A stretch of 64,000 bases of DNA from an uncultured Actinomycetes bacterium (GCA_963751715.1 CAVVVM010000004.1:122-64121); one strand, 5' to 3'. Shown: positions 8,870 through 17,498, counted from the first letter of the stretch. Numbers and translations are program-made. The notes: a model not told the origin generated them from the letters alone.

Positions 8870-9892
8870 ATGGGTGCGCGGTCCAACAACCCGATCAGTG
8901 CTTTCCTCCTCCGGCCGCCTGTCCTCGAAGGAGGGGTGAAGCTCAGCGCGCGTCGTGATGGGCCGGTCGGGGCGACCGTCACGCTCGAGCATTCGGGTGG
9001 CACGACGAGCCTCGAGGCCGCAGGCCTGTCGGTGCCCTACCCGTCCGCGCTTCGGCGACTCGTCGCCGATCGCCCGTCGACTGAGCTGGTGGTCGTCGAG
9101 CGCATCCCCAAGGGCCTTCCCGACGCGGCCGCCGCGATGGGACTCTCATACATCGACTTGCGAGGGCACGGTCGCTTGACAGCGCCGGGCCTCGTCTACA
9201 TCAACGAGCCATCAACCGAGCGAGGATCTGAAGGAAGGCGCAAGCGGGCTGCATCCTCGCCGTTCACGGCTGTCGCCGGCAGGGCCATCAGGGCACTTCT
9301 CGAGGAGCCCGGTCGACGCTGGCGTGTAACCGATGTGGCGGCCCTCGCGGACTCGAACCCCGGCAACGTCCACCGTTCGCTCGCCGCGCTCGTCGAGCTC
9401 GCCCTGGTCGAACGCGATGACCGCGAATACCGCGTCGTGGACCCTGGAGCGCTGCTCGAAGCATGGGCTGACCGGTCGCCCGGCCCGAGGCGGGAGTTCA
9501 CCCTCGCCGCTGGGCGCAGTCTGCGGACGGAGGCTCGGGCGATCCTCGACGCTGTGGGAGGGGAAGGAGCGGTCTCCGGCGAGTTCGCGGCCGAGCAGCT
9601 CGCTCCCTACCTCGAGGCCTCGAGCGTCATCGTCCATCTGTTCGACGAGCAGGCGATCGCGCGGGTTCCAGGAGCCCCCGGGTTCCGGGAGGTCGAAACC
9701 CGGGGGCCCGCACTCAACGCGAAGCGGTCGATCACGGTCAGACTGACGGACTCCGGTGTCGCTGCATTCGGGGAGAAGAGAGGAGGGCTGCCCCTCTGCT
9801 CACCCCAGCAGATCTACTTCGACCTTTGGCGCGAGCCCGGGCGGGGCAGAGAAGCCGCCGAACACCTTCGCAAGGCGGTGCTTCGGTTCTGA
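8870..9892 (+). CDS. AbiEi-family type IV TA antitoxin / transcriptional regulator
   Basis: 340 aa with a central wHTH (RVTDVAALADSNPGNVHRSLAALVELALVER) and a C-terminal CSPQQIYFDLWREPGRGREAAEHL tail typical of AbiEi. Its stop overlaps the next start (tgATG at 9890-9894). Confidence 0.7.
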   Translation: MGARSNNPISAFLLRPPVLEGGVKLSARRDGPVGATVTLEHSGGTTSLEAAGLSVPYPSALRRLVADRPSTELVVVERIPKGLPDAAAAMGLSYIDLRGHGRLTAPGLVYINEPSTERGSEGRRKRAASSPFTAVAGRAIRALLEEPGRRWRVTDVAALADSNPGNVHRSLAALVELALVERDDREYRVVDPGALLEAWADRSPGPRREFTLAAGRSLRTEARAILDAVGGEGAVSGEFAAEQLAPYLEASSVIVHLFDEQAIARVPGAPGFREVETRGPALNAKRSITVRLTDSGVAAFGEKRGGLPLCSPQQIYFDLWREPGRGREAAEHLRKAVLRF

Positions 9893-10734
9893 TGTCGCTC
9901 GAGTGGTCAATCGATCCGTCGACTCCGGCCGGTGGACTCGTTGCCGAAGGGCTCGAGGCCGTCTCGCCGGTGCTCGACGAACTTGGCAGCGGAGCGCTCC
10001 TGATTGGTGGACTGATCACTGCAGCCTGGCTGGACAGTCGCCCGGTAGGAATCCCCGCGAGGGCGACGGTTGACATCGACCTCGGCATCGATCGACTCGC
10101 GCTCGGCCTGACAGGACGGCGCGAAAGGATCGTCCGGCTCCTCGCCGAGCATGGGTTCACGAAGGGCTTCGGCGGTGAGGACTTCCGTTTTGTGCGGGAC
10201 ACCAGCGCAGGACCGTTCGTCGTCGACCTGTTGCTGCCTGCGGGAGCTTCGCGGAGCAGGCCACCTCTGATCGAGCCGGGCCTTTCCAGCCTGAGCGCCC
10301 CCGGCCTTCGCTACGCCATCACTCGCGGCCCCGTACCCGTGGAACTCCGAGTGCTCGGAAGACCGACGCGATCATTCAGGCTTCACGGCATCTCACTCGA
10401 GGCGGCGTTCGTGATGAAGGCAACGCTGGTGGCCGACAGGCTCAGGACGAGGCGCGACAAGCTCGTCGCCGATACCGCGGACGCGGTGATGCTCGCGCGC
10501 GCCTGCGCGTCGGACCCCGGCGCCATGGCCGCTATGGCGGCCGACCGACGATTCAGCGAACCGCGACGCGCGATCAACTGGCTGATGAGTGAGTTCGTCA
10601 CGCCCCGCAGTCGAGGAGCCCGTCGCATGGCTGAACATGTCGGCGGAGACCACGGGGCCGAGTGGGCGGTCAACGCGGCCCGTGAGTTCGAATCCGCTCT
10701 CACGATGGCTGATTCGAGTCGGCGCGGCGGGTAG
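9892..10734 (+). CDS. AbiEii/MenT-like nucleotidyltransferase toxin candidate
   Basis: ALLIGGLITAAWLDSRPVGIPARATVDIDLGI has the GG...D-x-D signature. Translationally coupled to 8870..9892. Confidence 0.7.
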   Translation: MSLEWSIDPSTPAGGLVAEGLEAVSPVLDELGSGALLIGGLITAAWLDSRPVGIPARATVDIDLGIDRLALGLTGRRERIVRLLAEHGFTKGFGGEDFRFVRDTSAGPFVVDLLLPAGASRSRPPLIEPGLSSLSAPGLRYAITRGPVPVELRVLGRPTRSFRLHGISLEAAFVMKATLVADRLRTRRDKLVADTADAVMLARACASDPGAMAAMAADRRFSEPRRAINWLMSEFVTPRSRGARRMAEHVGGDHGAEWAVNAAREFESALTMADSSRRGG

Positions 10735-10825
10735 CAGAGACAGGAGAGACCCGACGGCGCGGGGAGTCGGTCGAATCAGGCTGGATGAAGCGCGCGGCTA
10801 ACGCCGGACCCAAGGTCGATCTGGC

Positions 10826-10965
10826 GGAGGGGTCCGTAAGGGGACTACAGTTGCGTGTTGCGCAACATGATCCAGTCGGGTGGTGATCGACGTGCTGCGA
10901 ACGGGTGACCTGCGCGTCCGCAAGGTCGCGGCGAAGGTTCTCCGTCAGCAAATCGCGGCTGTTTA
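10826..10965 (+). pseudogene. Deletion remnant of a 7453-type wHTH gene, with its operator
   Basis: 10826-10882 matches 7398-7452, including gttgcgtgttgcgcaacatgat. The mini-ORF at 10883-10965 (VIDVLRTGDLRVRKVAAKVLRQQIAAV) joins the first 3 codons to the last ~24 codons of the 7453 gene. Confidence 0.75.
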
Positions 10966-11086
10966 GGGCCTGATTGTCGACTGTTTCTTGACTCGATTCC
11001 GCTGAATCGCCTGAGTTTGATTCCTACGCTTGCAACCAATGGGAACTCCTCGAAATCAACTCAAGCCACCGTGCTACCATGACACC

Positions 11087-11296
11087 ATGGGTAAGAACCT
11101 GACAGTGCGCCTCGACGATGAACTCGCCGCCGACACCGAGGCGCTCGCCCGGGCCGAAGGCAAGAGCATCAACGAGACTGTCAAGCAGTCCCTCCGGGAG
11201 GCGGTCGAGCGTCGCCGCAGGGATCCGGAGTTCACCGCACGGGTCAAGCAGATCATCGAGGAGGATCGAGAGCTACTCGAGCGACTCGCGAAGTGA
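11087..11296 (+). CDS. Ribbon-helix-helix (CopG-like) antitoxin of the Doc module
   Basis: MGKNLTVRLDDELAADTEALARAEGKSINETVKQSLREAV is the RHH pattern. Its stop overlaps the Doc GTG start (gTGA at 11293-11296). Confidence 0.8.
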   Translation: MGKNLTVRLDDELAADTEALARAEGKSINETVKQSLREAVERRRRDPEFTARVKQIIEEDRELLERLAK

Positions 11297-11694
11297 GCGT
11301 TCGCTACCTCTATCTCGACGATTTCGTCGAGATCGCCTGCCTGGTCACCGGCCTCGATGAGGCGACAGTTCGCCGATCGTCCCGACTCGAGCTGGCCGAC
11401 TCAGCACTGAACGCCCCGCAATCCGGATTCGGCGAGACGGACTTTCACCCCGACTTCGTCGAGAAGGCCGCGGTACTGATCGTGCGCCTTGCCCGCAATC
11501 ACCCGCTGCCGGACGGCAACAAGCGGGCTGCCTGGGTTTCCCTGAGACTCTTCATCCGCCTGAACGATTGGGAATGGTCCCCAAGGCCATCGTTTGATGA
11601 ATCCGAGCGGGCAGTGCTCGCCATAGCTGCAGGCGAATGGGATGTGGCCGAAGCGGCCGACTGGCTTCGCAGGCACGTCAGGGAGTCGAGCTGA
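11293..11694 (+). CDS. doc: Doc (death-on-curing) Fic-fold toxin, intact
   Basis: 133 aa carrying the HPLPDGNKRAA Doc/Fic motif. Confidence 0.9.
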   Translation: MSVRYLYLDDFVEIACLVTGLDEATVRRSSRLELADSALNAPQSGFGETDFHPDFVEKAAVLIVRLARNHPLPDGNKRAAWVSLRLFIRLNDWEWSPRPSFDESERAVLAIAAGEWDVAEAADWLRRHVRESS

Positions 11695-11730
11695 CGGCGC
11701 CCAGGCAGCCTCGGCGTCCGCGGACGTGAG

Positions 11731-11934
11731 TCAAGCGCCGAGGCGCTTGAACGTCTCGGCGTGGTCACCCATGAAGCGCTTGGCGAAGGCATCGTTCGCC
11801 GCGCCCCGGGCTGCCCGCCCTTCCTGCAAGCGCTTGGCGACCTCGCGCAGTCCGTCCTCTTCGAGGTGGTACTTCCCGGCAAGCTCCTTGGCGATCTGCT
11901 CGATCAGCTCATCGGTGATGTTCGTAGAGGCCAT
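11731..11934 (-). CDS. Orphan paralogue of the 67-aa antitoxin candidate
   Basis: MASTNITDELIEQIAKELAGKYHL...FMGDHAETFKRLGA has more than half its residues identical to 7113..7316. It is convergent with Doc and has no toxin downstream. The upstream DNA shares gggctgcgcaaagttgt. Confidence 0.55.
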   Translation of the reverse strand: MASTNITDELIEQIAKELAGKYHLEEDGLREVAKRLQEGRAARGAANDAFAKRFMGDHAETFKRLGA

Positions 11935-12049
11935 GGATGCATTGTACGCCGGTGTTTGATGATCGCCAACGGGCTGCGCAAAGTTGTTGCCATTCGGACC
12001 CCGTGCCCCCTGCCAACGAGGCCAGGCCGAACGCCCCCGGCCTTACCCG

Positions 12050-12298
12050 TCACTCCTCCGGTGCGGGCAGTTGCAGGTCGGACAGGAAGAGGTAACGCGC
12101 CATGATCCTGACGAGGCCGTCGTCGACACTGACCCCGTACTGACGGGCGAGGATCTTGAGGCAAAGGTGCCAGCGATCGAAGTCCTCCCGGGTCTTCACA
12201 TAGGGAGGGAGCGTGTCATCGATCAGGCGGCCCTGATCGTCGGTCGCCTCCTCCCAGGTCTGGGCCGGAACCGGCCACGATTCATTGAACCCCGTCAT
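12050..12298 (-). CDS. Hypothetical small protein (82 aa)
   Basis: MTGFNESWPVPAQTWEEATDDQGRLIDDTLPPYVKTREDFDRWHLCLKILARQYG.... Co-oriented with, and overlapping, 12282..12476. Confidence 0.3.
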   Translation of the reverse strand: MTGFNESWPVPAQTWEEATDDQGRLIDDTLPPYVKTREDFDRWHLCLKILARQYGVSVDDGLVRIMARYLFLSDLQLPAPEE

Positions 12299-12476
12299 CA
12301 CCGGTCTCCTCTTCGGTCGGCTCATCGGCCGGCGGCCGTTGGATGAAGGTGAGGGTCGTCTCGGCGGGATCGCCCGGGTCGTGTTGCCAGCGCGGGTCCG
12401 CCTCCAGTTCCGCGATCAGGTCGTCGATCGTCCTGCGGTCCCCGCCTTCGGGTGCCTCGTCGGTTCGTTCGGGCAT
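12282..12476 (-). CDS. Hypothetical small acidic protein (64 aa)
   Basis: MPERTDEAPEGGDRRTIDDLIAELEADPRW.... Its 3' end overlaps the start of the next small ORF by 17 nt. No recognisable domain. Confidence 0.3.
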   Translation of the reverse strand: MPERTDEAPEGGDRRTIDDLIAELEADPRWQHDPGDPAETTLTFIQRPPADEPTEEETGDDGVQ

Positions 12477-12640
12477 CGCCACCTCCTCGTGTTCGCTTCC
12501 GCTGAGGGTCAAGTCGACCCGACGCCCGGAGACCTGACGGACAGCCGGCCTTCGATCGAGCGGGACGAACGGGCCCGTCTGGGAGACTCCCCGCCGTGTC
12601 CACCGAACAGGCCCCATCGGCGACTGCGGGCGCGCAGGGG

Positions 12641-12763
12641 ATGTCGGCCAACAAGCGCGGCCTGCTCTTCCTTTTCGGGATCGGCTCGGCAACCGTCGGC
12701 TTCGCGGTGGGCGCGCTCGTCGCGCTGATCTCGCTGCGAAGCGCCGACGCGCACGCCGACTAG
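12641..12763 (+). CDS. Possible 40-aa single-TM peptide (below the ORF-track size cut-off)
   Basis: Read directly from the sequence: atg at 12641 preceded by gcagggg. Translation is MSANKRGLLFLFGIGSATVGFAVGALVALISLRSADAHAD, with the stop at 12761-12763. Confidence 0.3.
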   Translation: MSANKRGLLFLFGIGSATVGFAVGALVALISLRSADAHAD

Positions 12764-12805
12764 CCGGCGGTCAGCTCACGCTGTCGCCCGGCAGCCGGCC
12801 GCGGC

Positions 12806-14482
12806 TCAGCCGCGGACGACCTTGACCCTGAAGCTGCGCAGGGTCGAGAAGCCGGCTCGGTCGGTGGCGCGCACCTTGACCTTGTAGGTGCCGGGTCGGC
12901 GCCACGAGTGCTTCACGCTCGAGCCGTTCGCAGCCCTGCTGCGATCTCCGAAATCCCACTTGACCGAGGAGATCCCGGACGGGTCACCGGCACTCGCCAC
13001 GAACGACGTGCGCGACCGGGCCAGGACCTTCGTCGGTGCCGAGCTCAGCTTGAGCGTCGGCTTGGCGCCCGAGTCCAGCCCGCCGACCAACGCATGCTTG
13101 ATCCCGGCGGAATCAGTTCCCCATGTCACGAAGACGTTGCCGTGGCGGTCCACGCTTGCGGCGCAGCTGACGACGAAGGTGCCGCCGCTGGTGGCTCCGG
13201 TCCCGACCGTGAAAGGCCCACTGAAAGAGGTCGGGGTCGCAGCACCCCGCTTACGAACCCAGGTCCTGACGCTGGCTGTGTCGCAGAGCGTCACTTGGGC
13301 CGTCCCATCAGGCCCGACGCTGAACGAAGACCCGTCGACGAACCCATCCGACTTGAGCAAGTCAGAGCCGGGGAGCTTCACTTCCGGGCCGATCGGCCCG
13401 CCCTTCGGCCTCGAAGCGAGACGGAAACTCCACGGGTCCGAGTCGGAGAGCGGGGCTCGCGGCCAACCGATCAGCGCCGCGCCCGACTTCCCGTCCGCTT
13501 GGATCGATGCGCCATCGGCGCTCGAGCCAATCGTCTCCTCCGGCCCGAAGGTGCCCGTGTCCCCGGGTGAGCGCACCCGCATCTTCACGACGTGCGAGGG
13601 ACTTGGGAGCGGCGCGCCGATGACCTCCCACGAGACGACGAACGAGCCGTCCCCGAGGACTGCCGCATCGTTGAAGCGCCCGGTCGGGAAGTTGGGCGCT
13701 GCGACGATCGACCCGACCGCCTCAAGTGGCCTGAATACGCCAAGCCCGGTGTCAAGGATCGCCCGTATCGACGTGGTCTTCGGACCCGTCTCCGTGCTCC
13801 ACGCGATCAGTCGAGTGCCATCGGGGCCGGCGGCCGCGCCGAAATCCGGCTCGCTGGATCCCGGCGATGCCTCGAACCCGGTCACAGGAGGCGACAGAGG
13901 CCCGAGCGGGTTGCTGATCGTCACGTGACCAAGCGTGTTCTTCGGTGGAGTGGTGTTGGTCTGCACTGGGCACACCAGAGTGAACCGCGACGTGTTGTCG
14001 AACATTCCTGCCGGGTCGAAGCACGGTTTCCCGATCAGGTCCGCGATCGGGATGGGAGCAGAGAACTTCCCGCCCCTTTTCCGGAACGAGTACATGCCTT
14101 GGCTGCTGCCTGCGAACAACGAGACCATGGTGTCCCCATTCGGGGCGAAGGCGATCGGCCCGCGGAAGCCGCTCCCGCTGGCGCCCGGCGAGCGGGTCAG
14201 CTCCTCCGCCGGGCCAAAGCTGCCCGCCGCGTTTCGCGAGCGAGCGACGACCGAGAGGCTCGATGCGGCGGTCGAGCTGTCGAGCGTGACCACGACGACG
14301 GCCTCGTCCTTCGAAGAGACGCCCGACGAAACCCCGAGAAGCTTGTCCGACGAGTAGACGCGCAGCGGCTTGACCACCTTCATTGCGGCCAATGCGGTCG
14401 GCGCGGCCGTGAGGCCGAGCGCGACCGTTGCCAGAGCGGCGGCTCCGGCGATCGACCTGGGTGACCCGAGTGAAGAGGCCAT
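12806..14482 (-). CDS. Secreted protein with a C-terminal PKD domain (paralogue of 15912..17498)
   Basis: The start MASSLGSPRSIAGAAALATVALGLTAAPTALA is a signal peptide. The C-terminus VKWDFGDRSRAANGSSVKHSWRRPGTYKVKVRATDRAG is the PKD consensus. The longer 734-aa ORF overlaps the divergent gene. Confidence 0.8.
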   Translation of the reverse strand: MASSLGSPRSIAGAAALATVALGLTAAPTALAAMKVVKPLRVYSSDKLLGVSSGVSSKDEAVVVVTLDSSTAASSLSVVARSRNAAGSFGPAEELTRSPGASGSGFRGPIAFAPNGDTMVSLFAGSSQGMYSFRKRGGKFSAPIPIADLIGKPCFDPAGMFDNTSRFTLVCPVQTNTTPPKNTLGHVTISNPLGPLSPPVTGFEASPGSSEPDFGAAAGPDGTRLIAWSTETGPKTTSIRAILDTGLGVFRPLEAVGSIVAAPNFPTGRFNDAAVLGDGSFVVSWEVIGAPLPSPSHVVKMRVRSPGDTGTFGPEETIGSSADGASIQADGKSGAALIGWPRAPLSDSDPWSFRLASRPKGGPIGPEVKLPGSDLLKSDGFVDGSSFSVGPDGTAQVTLCDTASVRTWVRKRGAATPTSFSGPFTVGTGATSGGTFVVSCAASVDRHGNVFVTWGTDSAGIKHALVGGLDSGAKPTLKLSSAPTKVLARSRTSFVASAGDPSGISSVKWDFGDRSRAANGSSVKHSWRRPGTYKVKVRATDRAGFSTLRSFRVKVVRG

Positions 14483-14521
14483 GCGCGGGATGCTACATGG
14501 ACTCACCTGTACTCTCGCCGC

Positions 14522-15841
14522 ATGGCCGCAATCGCGTCCCAACCGGAGCTGCTCGACTACTCCGCCTGGGCGGAGCGCCCCGAGCCGCTCGCCCCGCTCG
14601 AATCCGACGAACGCGCCGACGTCGTCGTGATCGGCGGCGGCTACCTCGGGATCAGCGCAGCCCGCAGGCTCGCCGGGCACGGCCGCGACGTCGTCCTGCT
14701 CGAGGCCGAGTTCTGCGGCTGGGGAGCGTCCGCCCGCAACGCCGGGCACCTGACGCCGACGATCGCAGGCGACCCGCAGGTGCTCGCCACCCTCTACCGC
14801 CGCAGGGCACCGGCGCTCGTCCAGTTCGCCGACCGGGCCGTCCGCCACACCGAGCAGCTGATCGAAGCCGACGGGATCGACTGCGGCTACCGGCCGGTCG
14901 GCAACGTCTCCGTCGCGTTGACCGAGGCGGGCCTCAAGCGATCGGCTCGGATCGCCCGCTTCATGCAGTCCGCTGGAGCGCACGTCGAACTGGTCACAGC
15001 CAGCGAGCACGGGCTGCCCGACGCTTTCCCGGGCGGGATCCTCGAGAAGCTAGGCGGCGTCCTCGACCCCGGGCGTTTCACGATGGGCCTGAGGGACCGG
15101 TTGCTCGCCTCGCCCGTCCGGACGTTCGAGGGCTCGCCGGTCATCTCGGTCACCGGGTCGGGCGGGGCGTTCACGGTCCGCACTCCGCGCGGGTCGGTCT
15201 CGGCACGGGAAGTGCTGGTCGCGACCAACGCGTTCAGCGACGGCCTCGCCTTCGCCCCCGAGCGGTCGGTCGCCCCGCTGTGGGTCACGCTCGCCGAGAC
15301 CGAGCCGATCGACCCGGCGGCGATCGAAGCGACCGGCTGGACCAGCACGAGCGGCATCTACACGCAGCACTTCGTGATGGAGAGCTACGACCTGACCTCC
15401 CGCAACACGATCGTCTTCGGCAGCCGGATGGTCACGCGCGAACGGGCGCCGCTCAGGCTGCGCCTGCCCGATCGGGCGGTCGTCGAGGAGATCACCCGCG
15501 GCTTCCGCGAGCGCTTCCCGACGCTGGCCGGCGTCGCGGTCGAGCGGGCGTGGGGAGGGTGGATCGCGATGACTCCGTCGTGGCTGCCGGCGGTCGGCAG
15601 GACCTCCGAGGGAATCCACTACGCAGTCGGCTGCAACGGCCACGGGATCGCCCAGGCCCCGTACCTCGGCTCGATGATCGCCGACTCGATCGCCGGCCTC
15701 GGCCGCGCACCGGACCTCGCCACCCTCTGGCGCGACCGCGACCGCTTTGCCCCGTCGCCGCTCACCTCGAAGGCCGCAGTCAAGCTCGCGTGGCACCTCG
15801 ACCGCCTCGGCGACAGGCTTGCCGCCCGCGGTCACGGATAA
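14522..15841 (+). CDS. FAD-dependent oxidoreductase (DAO family)
   Basis: 439 aa with ADVVVIGGGYLGISAARRLA (GxGxxG), followed by typical DAO-family blocks. Confidence 0.85.
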   Translation: MAAIASQPELLDYSAWAERPEPLAPLESDERADVVVIGGGYLGISAARRLAGHGRDVVLLEAEFCGWGASARNAGHLTPTIAGDPQVLATLYRRRAPALVQFADRAVRHTEQLIEADGIDCGYRPVGNVSVALTEAGLKRSARIARFMQSAGAHVELVTASEHGLPDAFPGGILEKLGGVLDPGRFTMGLRDRLLASPVRTFEGSPVISVTGSGGAFTVRTPRGSVSAREVLVATNAFSDGLAFAPERSVAPLWVTLAETEPIDPAAIEATGWTSTSGIYTQHFVMESYDLTSRNTIVFGSRMVTRERAPLRLRLPDRAVVEEITRGFRERFPTLAGVAVERAWGGWIAMTPSWLPAVGRTSEGIHYAVGCNGHGIAQAPYLGSMIADSIAGLGRAPDLATLWRDRDRFAPSPLTSKAAVKLAWHLDRLGDRLAARGHG

Positions 15842-15911
15842 GGCCCACCTCTTCGCCGGGGTCCCGACTCGGCTGCGACGCTCAGCCGAGCGGACCAATA
15901 CTCTCCCCTCA

Positions 15912-17498
15912 ATGAATAAAGGAACTGTCACGGTTGCAGCGGCACTCGCAGTGCTTGCTGGCCTGCCGGGTTCGGCTCTCGCCGCGCCGAAGCGCATCGC
16001 ACCGGCGGAGCTCTTCTCCTCGGTTCGGATCGACAACGTGAAAGTCGGCGTATCGCCGCGTGACGAGGCGATCGTCGTCGGTCAAATCATCAGCGGTGCG
16101 TCGGACCCGACCCTGATCGCTCGCGTTCGCGGCTCCGGTGGACGCCTCTCCGTCGCACAGGAACTGAGCCGCACCGGCAACGCGGAAGTACCACGCGATA
16201 TTCAGTTCAACGCTGCGGGAGACACCTTCCTCTCTTGGGGAATCGCGACCAGCGGATCCACCGGCGAGCGCTCATTCCGAAAGGCGGGAGGCCTGTTCTC
16301 GGTGCCGATGCCGTGGCCGGGAGGCTCCTGCACCCGCTTCAGCTCGGTCCGCTTCACGGCGGCGGGTCTTCCCGAGGTCGCCTGCTCGGCAAAGCTTGAC
16401 TCGGGGGCAGCGAGGGACAGGCTCATCGGCGTCACGGGCTCCACCTCGGAAGGGGTGCTGTTCGGCGTCCCGACGCCCCTCCAGTCCGCTGTCAACTTCG
16501 GCTTCCTGACGCCGCGTCTCGACATCGGACCGGACGGAACCCGAGCCGTCGCGTGGGGCCTCGACGAAGGCATCTTCCCGAGCGAAACCCAGAAGGTGAA
16601 GTTCGCAGTAGCTCCCCCGGGCGGCCCGTTCGGCACCTCTCAGCAGGCTGCGGGGGCGCTGCTCAGCACCGGCGGGTTCGCCGAACTCGGTGGCATTACG
16701 GTACTGGCCGACGGAAGGGTCGCGATCCTCTACGAGCGGTCCGATGGAGTCCGGTCGCAGCCCCACGTGCTGATTCGCAAGACGGACGGAACCTTGGTCG
16801 ACGTACCGCTGCCGACCACCACTGCGCAGGGCAGAATCTCGATCGCTCGCGACGGTGCGGGCGCGCTCGTCCTCTGGGCTGAGGACACCGGCTTCGCCAC
16901 TCCGGTGACCTTCAAGGTCGGCTCGCTCGTCGGCGATTCGATCCCCGACTCTTCTATCCAGACCCTTGACAACGGGCTCTCAGGCATGACGCAGACCGGC
17001 GACCTGCTCGTCGCGCCCAACGGGGCGGCCGCCTTTGCCCGCAGGGTCAGCGTCGCCGGTAAGCAGGTGCTCGGAGCGTGGGTCCGACCCGCTCGAGGCA
17101 GGCCGTTCGCGGGGCCTTTCACGATCGGCTCGGAAGATTTGATGGCCTCCTTCAGCGCCGCGCTCGACAAGCACGGCTCCCTCAACGCCGCCTGGATCCG
17201 CGACGAGACCGTCGACAAGGTGTTCCTCGGTGGGCTCGATGCCGCCGGACCTTCGCTTTCACGCCTGGCTGTGCCGGCGAGGCTGAGGGCAGGCAGGGCA
17301 GGCCGGTTCAGCGTCGCCGCCAGCGACCCGGCTGGAGTGAAGGCGGTCAAGTGGTCGTTCGGCGACCGCAAGTCGGCCAACGGCGGCAGTGCCCGCCACT
17401 CCTACCGCAGGCCCGGCCGCTACCGGGTCGTGCTCGTGGCGACCGACCGCTCGGGTCAGCAGACTCGAGCCACTCGCACCGTCCGCGTCAGTCGCTGA
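15912..17498 (+). CDS. Secreted protein with a C-terminal PKD domain (paralogue of 12806..14482)
   Basis: MNKGTVTVAAALAVLAGLPGSALA is a signal peptide. The C-terminus VKWSFGDRKSANGGSARHSYRRPGRYRVVLVATDRSG is PKD. Confidence 0.8.
   Translation: MNKGTVTVAAALAVLAGLPGSALAAPKRIAPAELFSSVRIDNVKVGVSPRDEAIVVGQIISGASDPTLIARVRGSGGRLSVAQELSRTGNAEVPRDIQFNAAGDTFLSWGIATSGSTGERSFRKAGGLFSVPMPWPGGSCTRFSSVRFTAAGLPEVACSAKLDSGAARDRLIGVTGSTSEGVLFGVPTPLQSAVNFGFLTPRLDIGPDGTRAVAWGLDEGIFPSETQKVKFAVAPPGGPFGTSQQAAGALLSTGGFAELGGITVLADGRVAILYERSDGVRSQPHVLIRKTDGTLVDVPLPTTTAQGRISIARDGAGALVLWAEDTGFATPVTFKVGSLVGDSIPDSSIQTLDNGLSGMTQTGDLLVAPNGAAAFARRVSVAGKQVLGAWVRPARGRPFAGPFTIGSEDLMASFSAALDKHGSLNAAWIRDETVDKVFLGGLDAAGPSLSRLAVPARLRAGRAGRFSVAASDPAGVKAVKWSFGDRKSANGGSARHSYRRPGRYRVVLVATDRSGQQTRATRTVRVSR

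Noticed and set aside
12806-15010. The full 734-aa ORF taken as the gene for the first PKD protein.
   Set aside because: The first ~176 codons lie antisense to the FAD oxidoreductase and are Arg/Gly/Asp/Ala-rich. A Met followed by a clean signal peptide (MASSLGS...ALA) at 14482 gives the plausible start.
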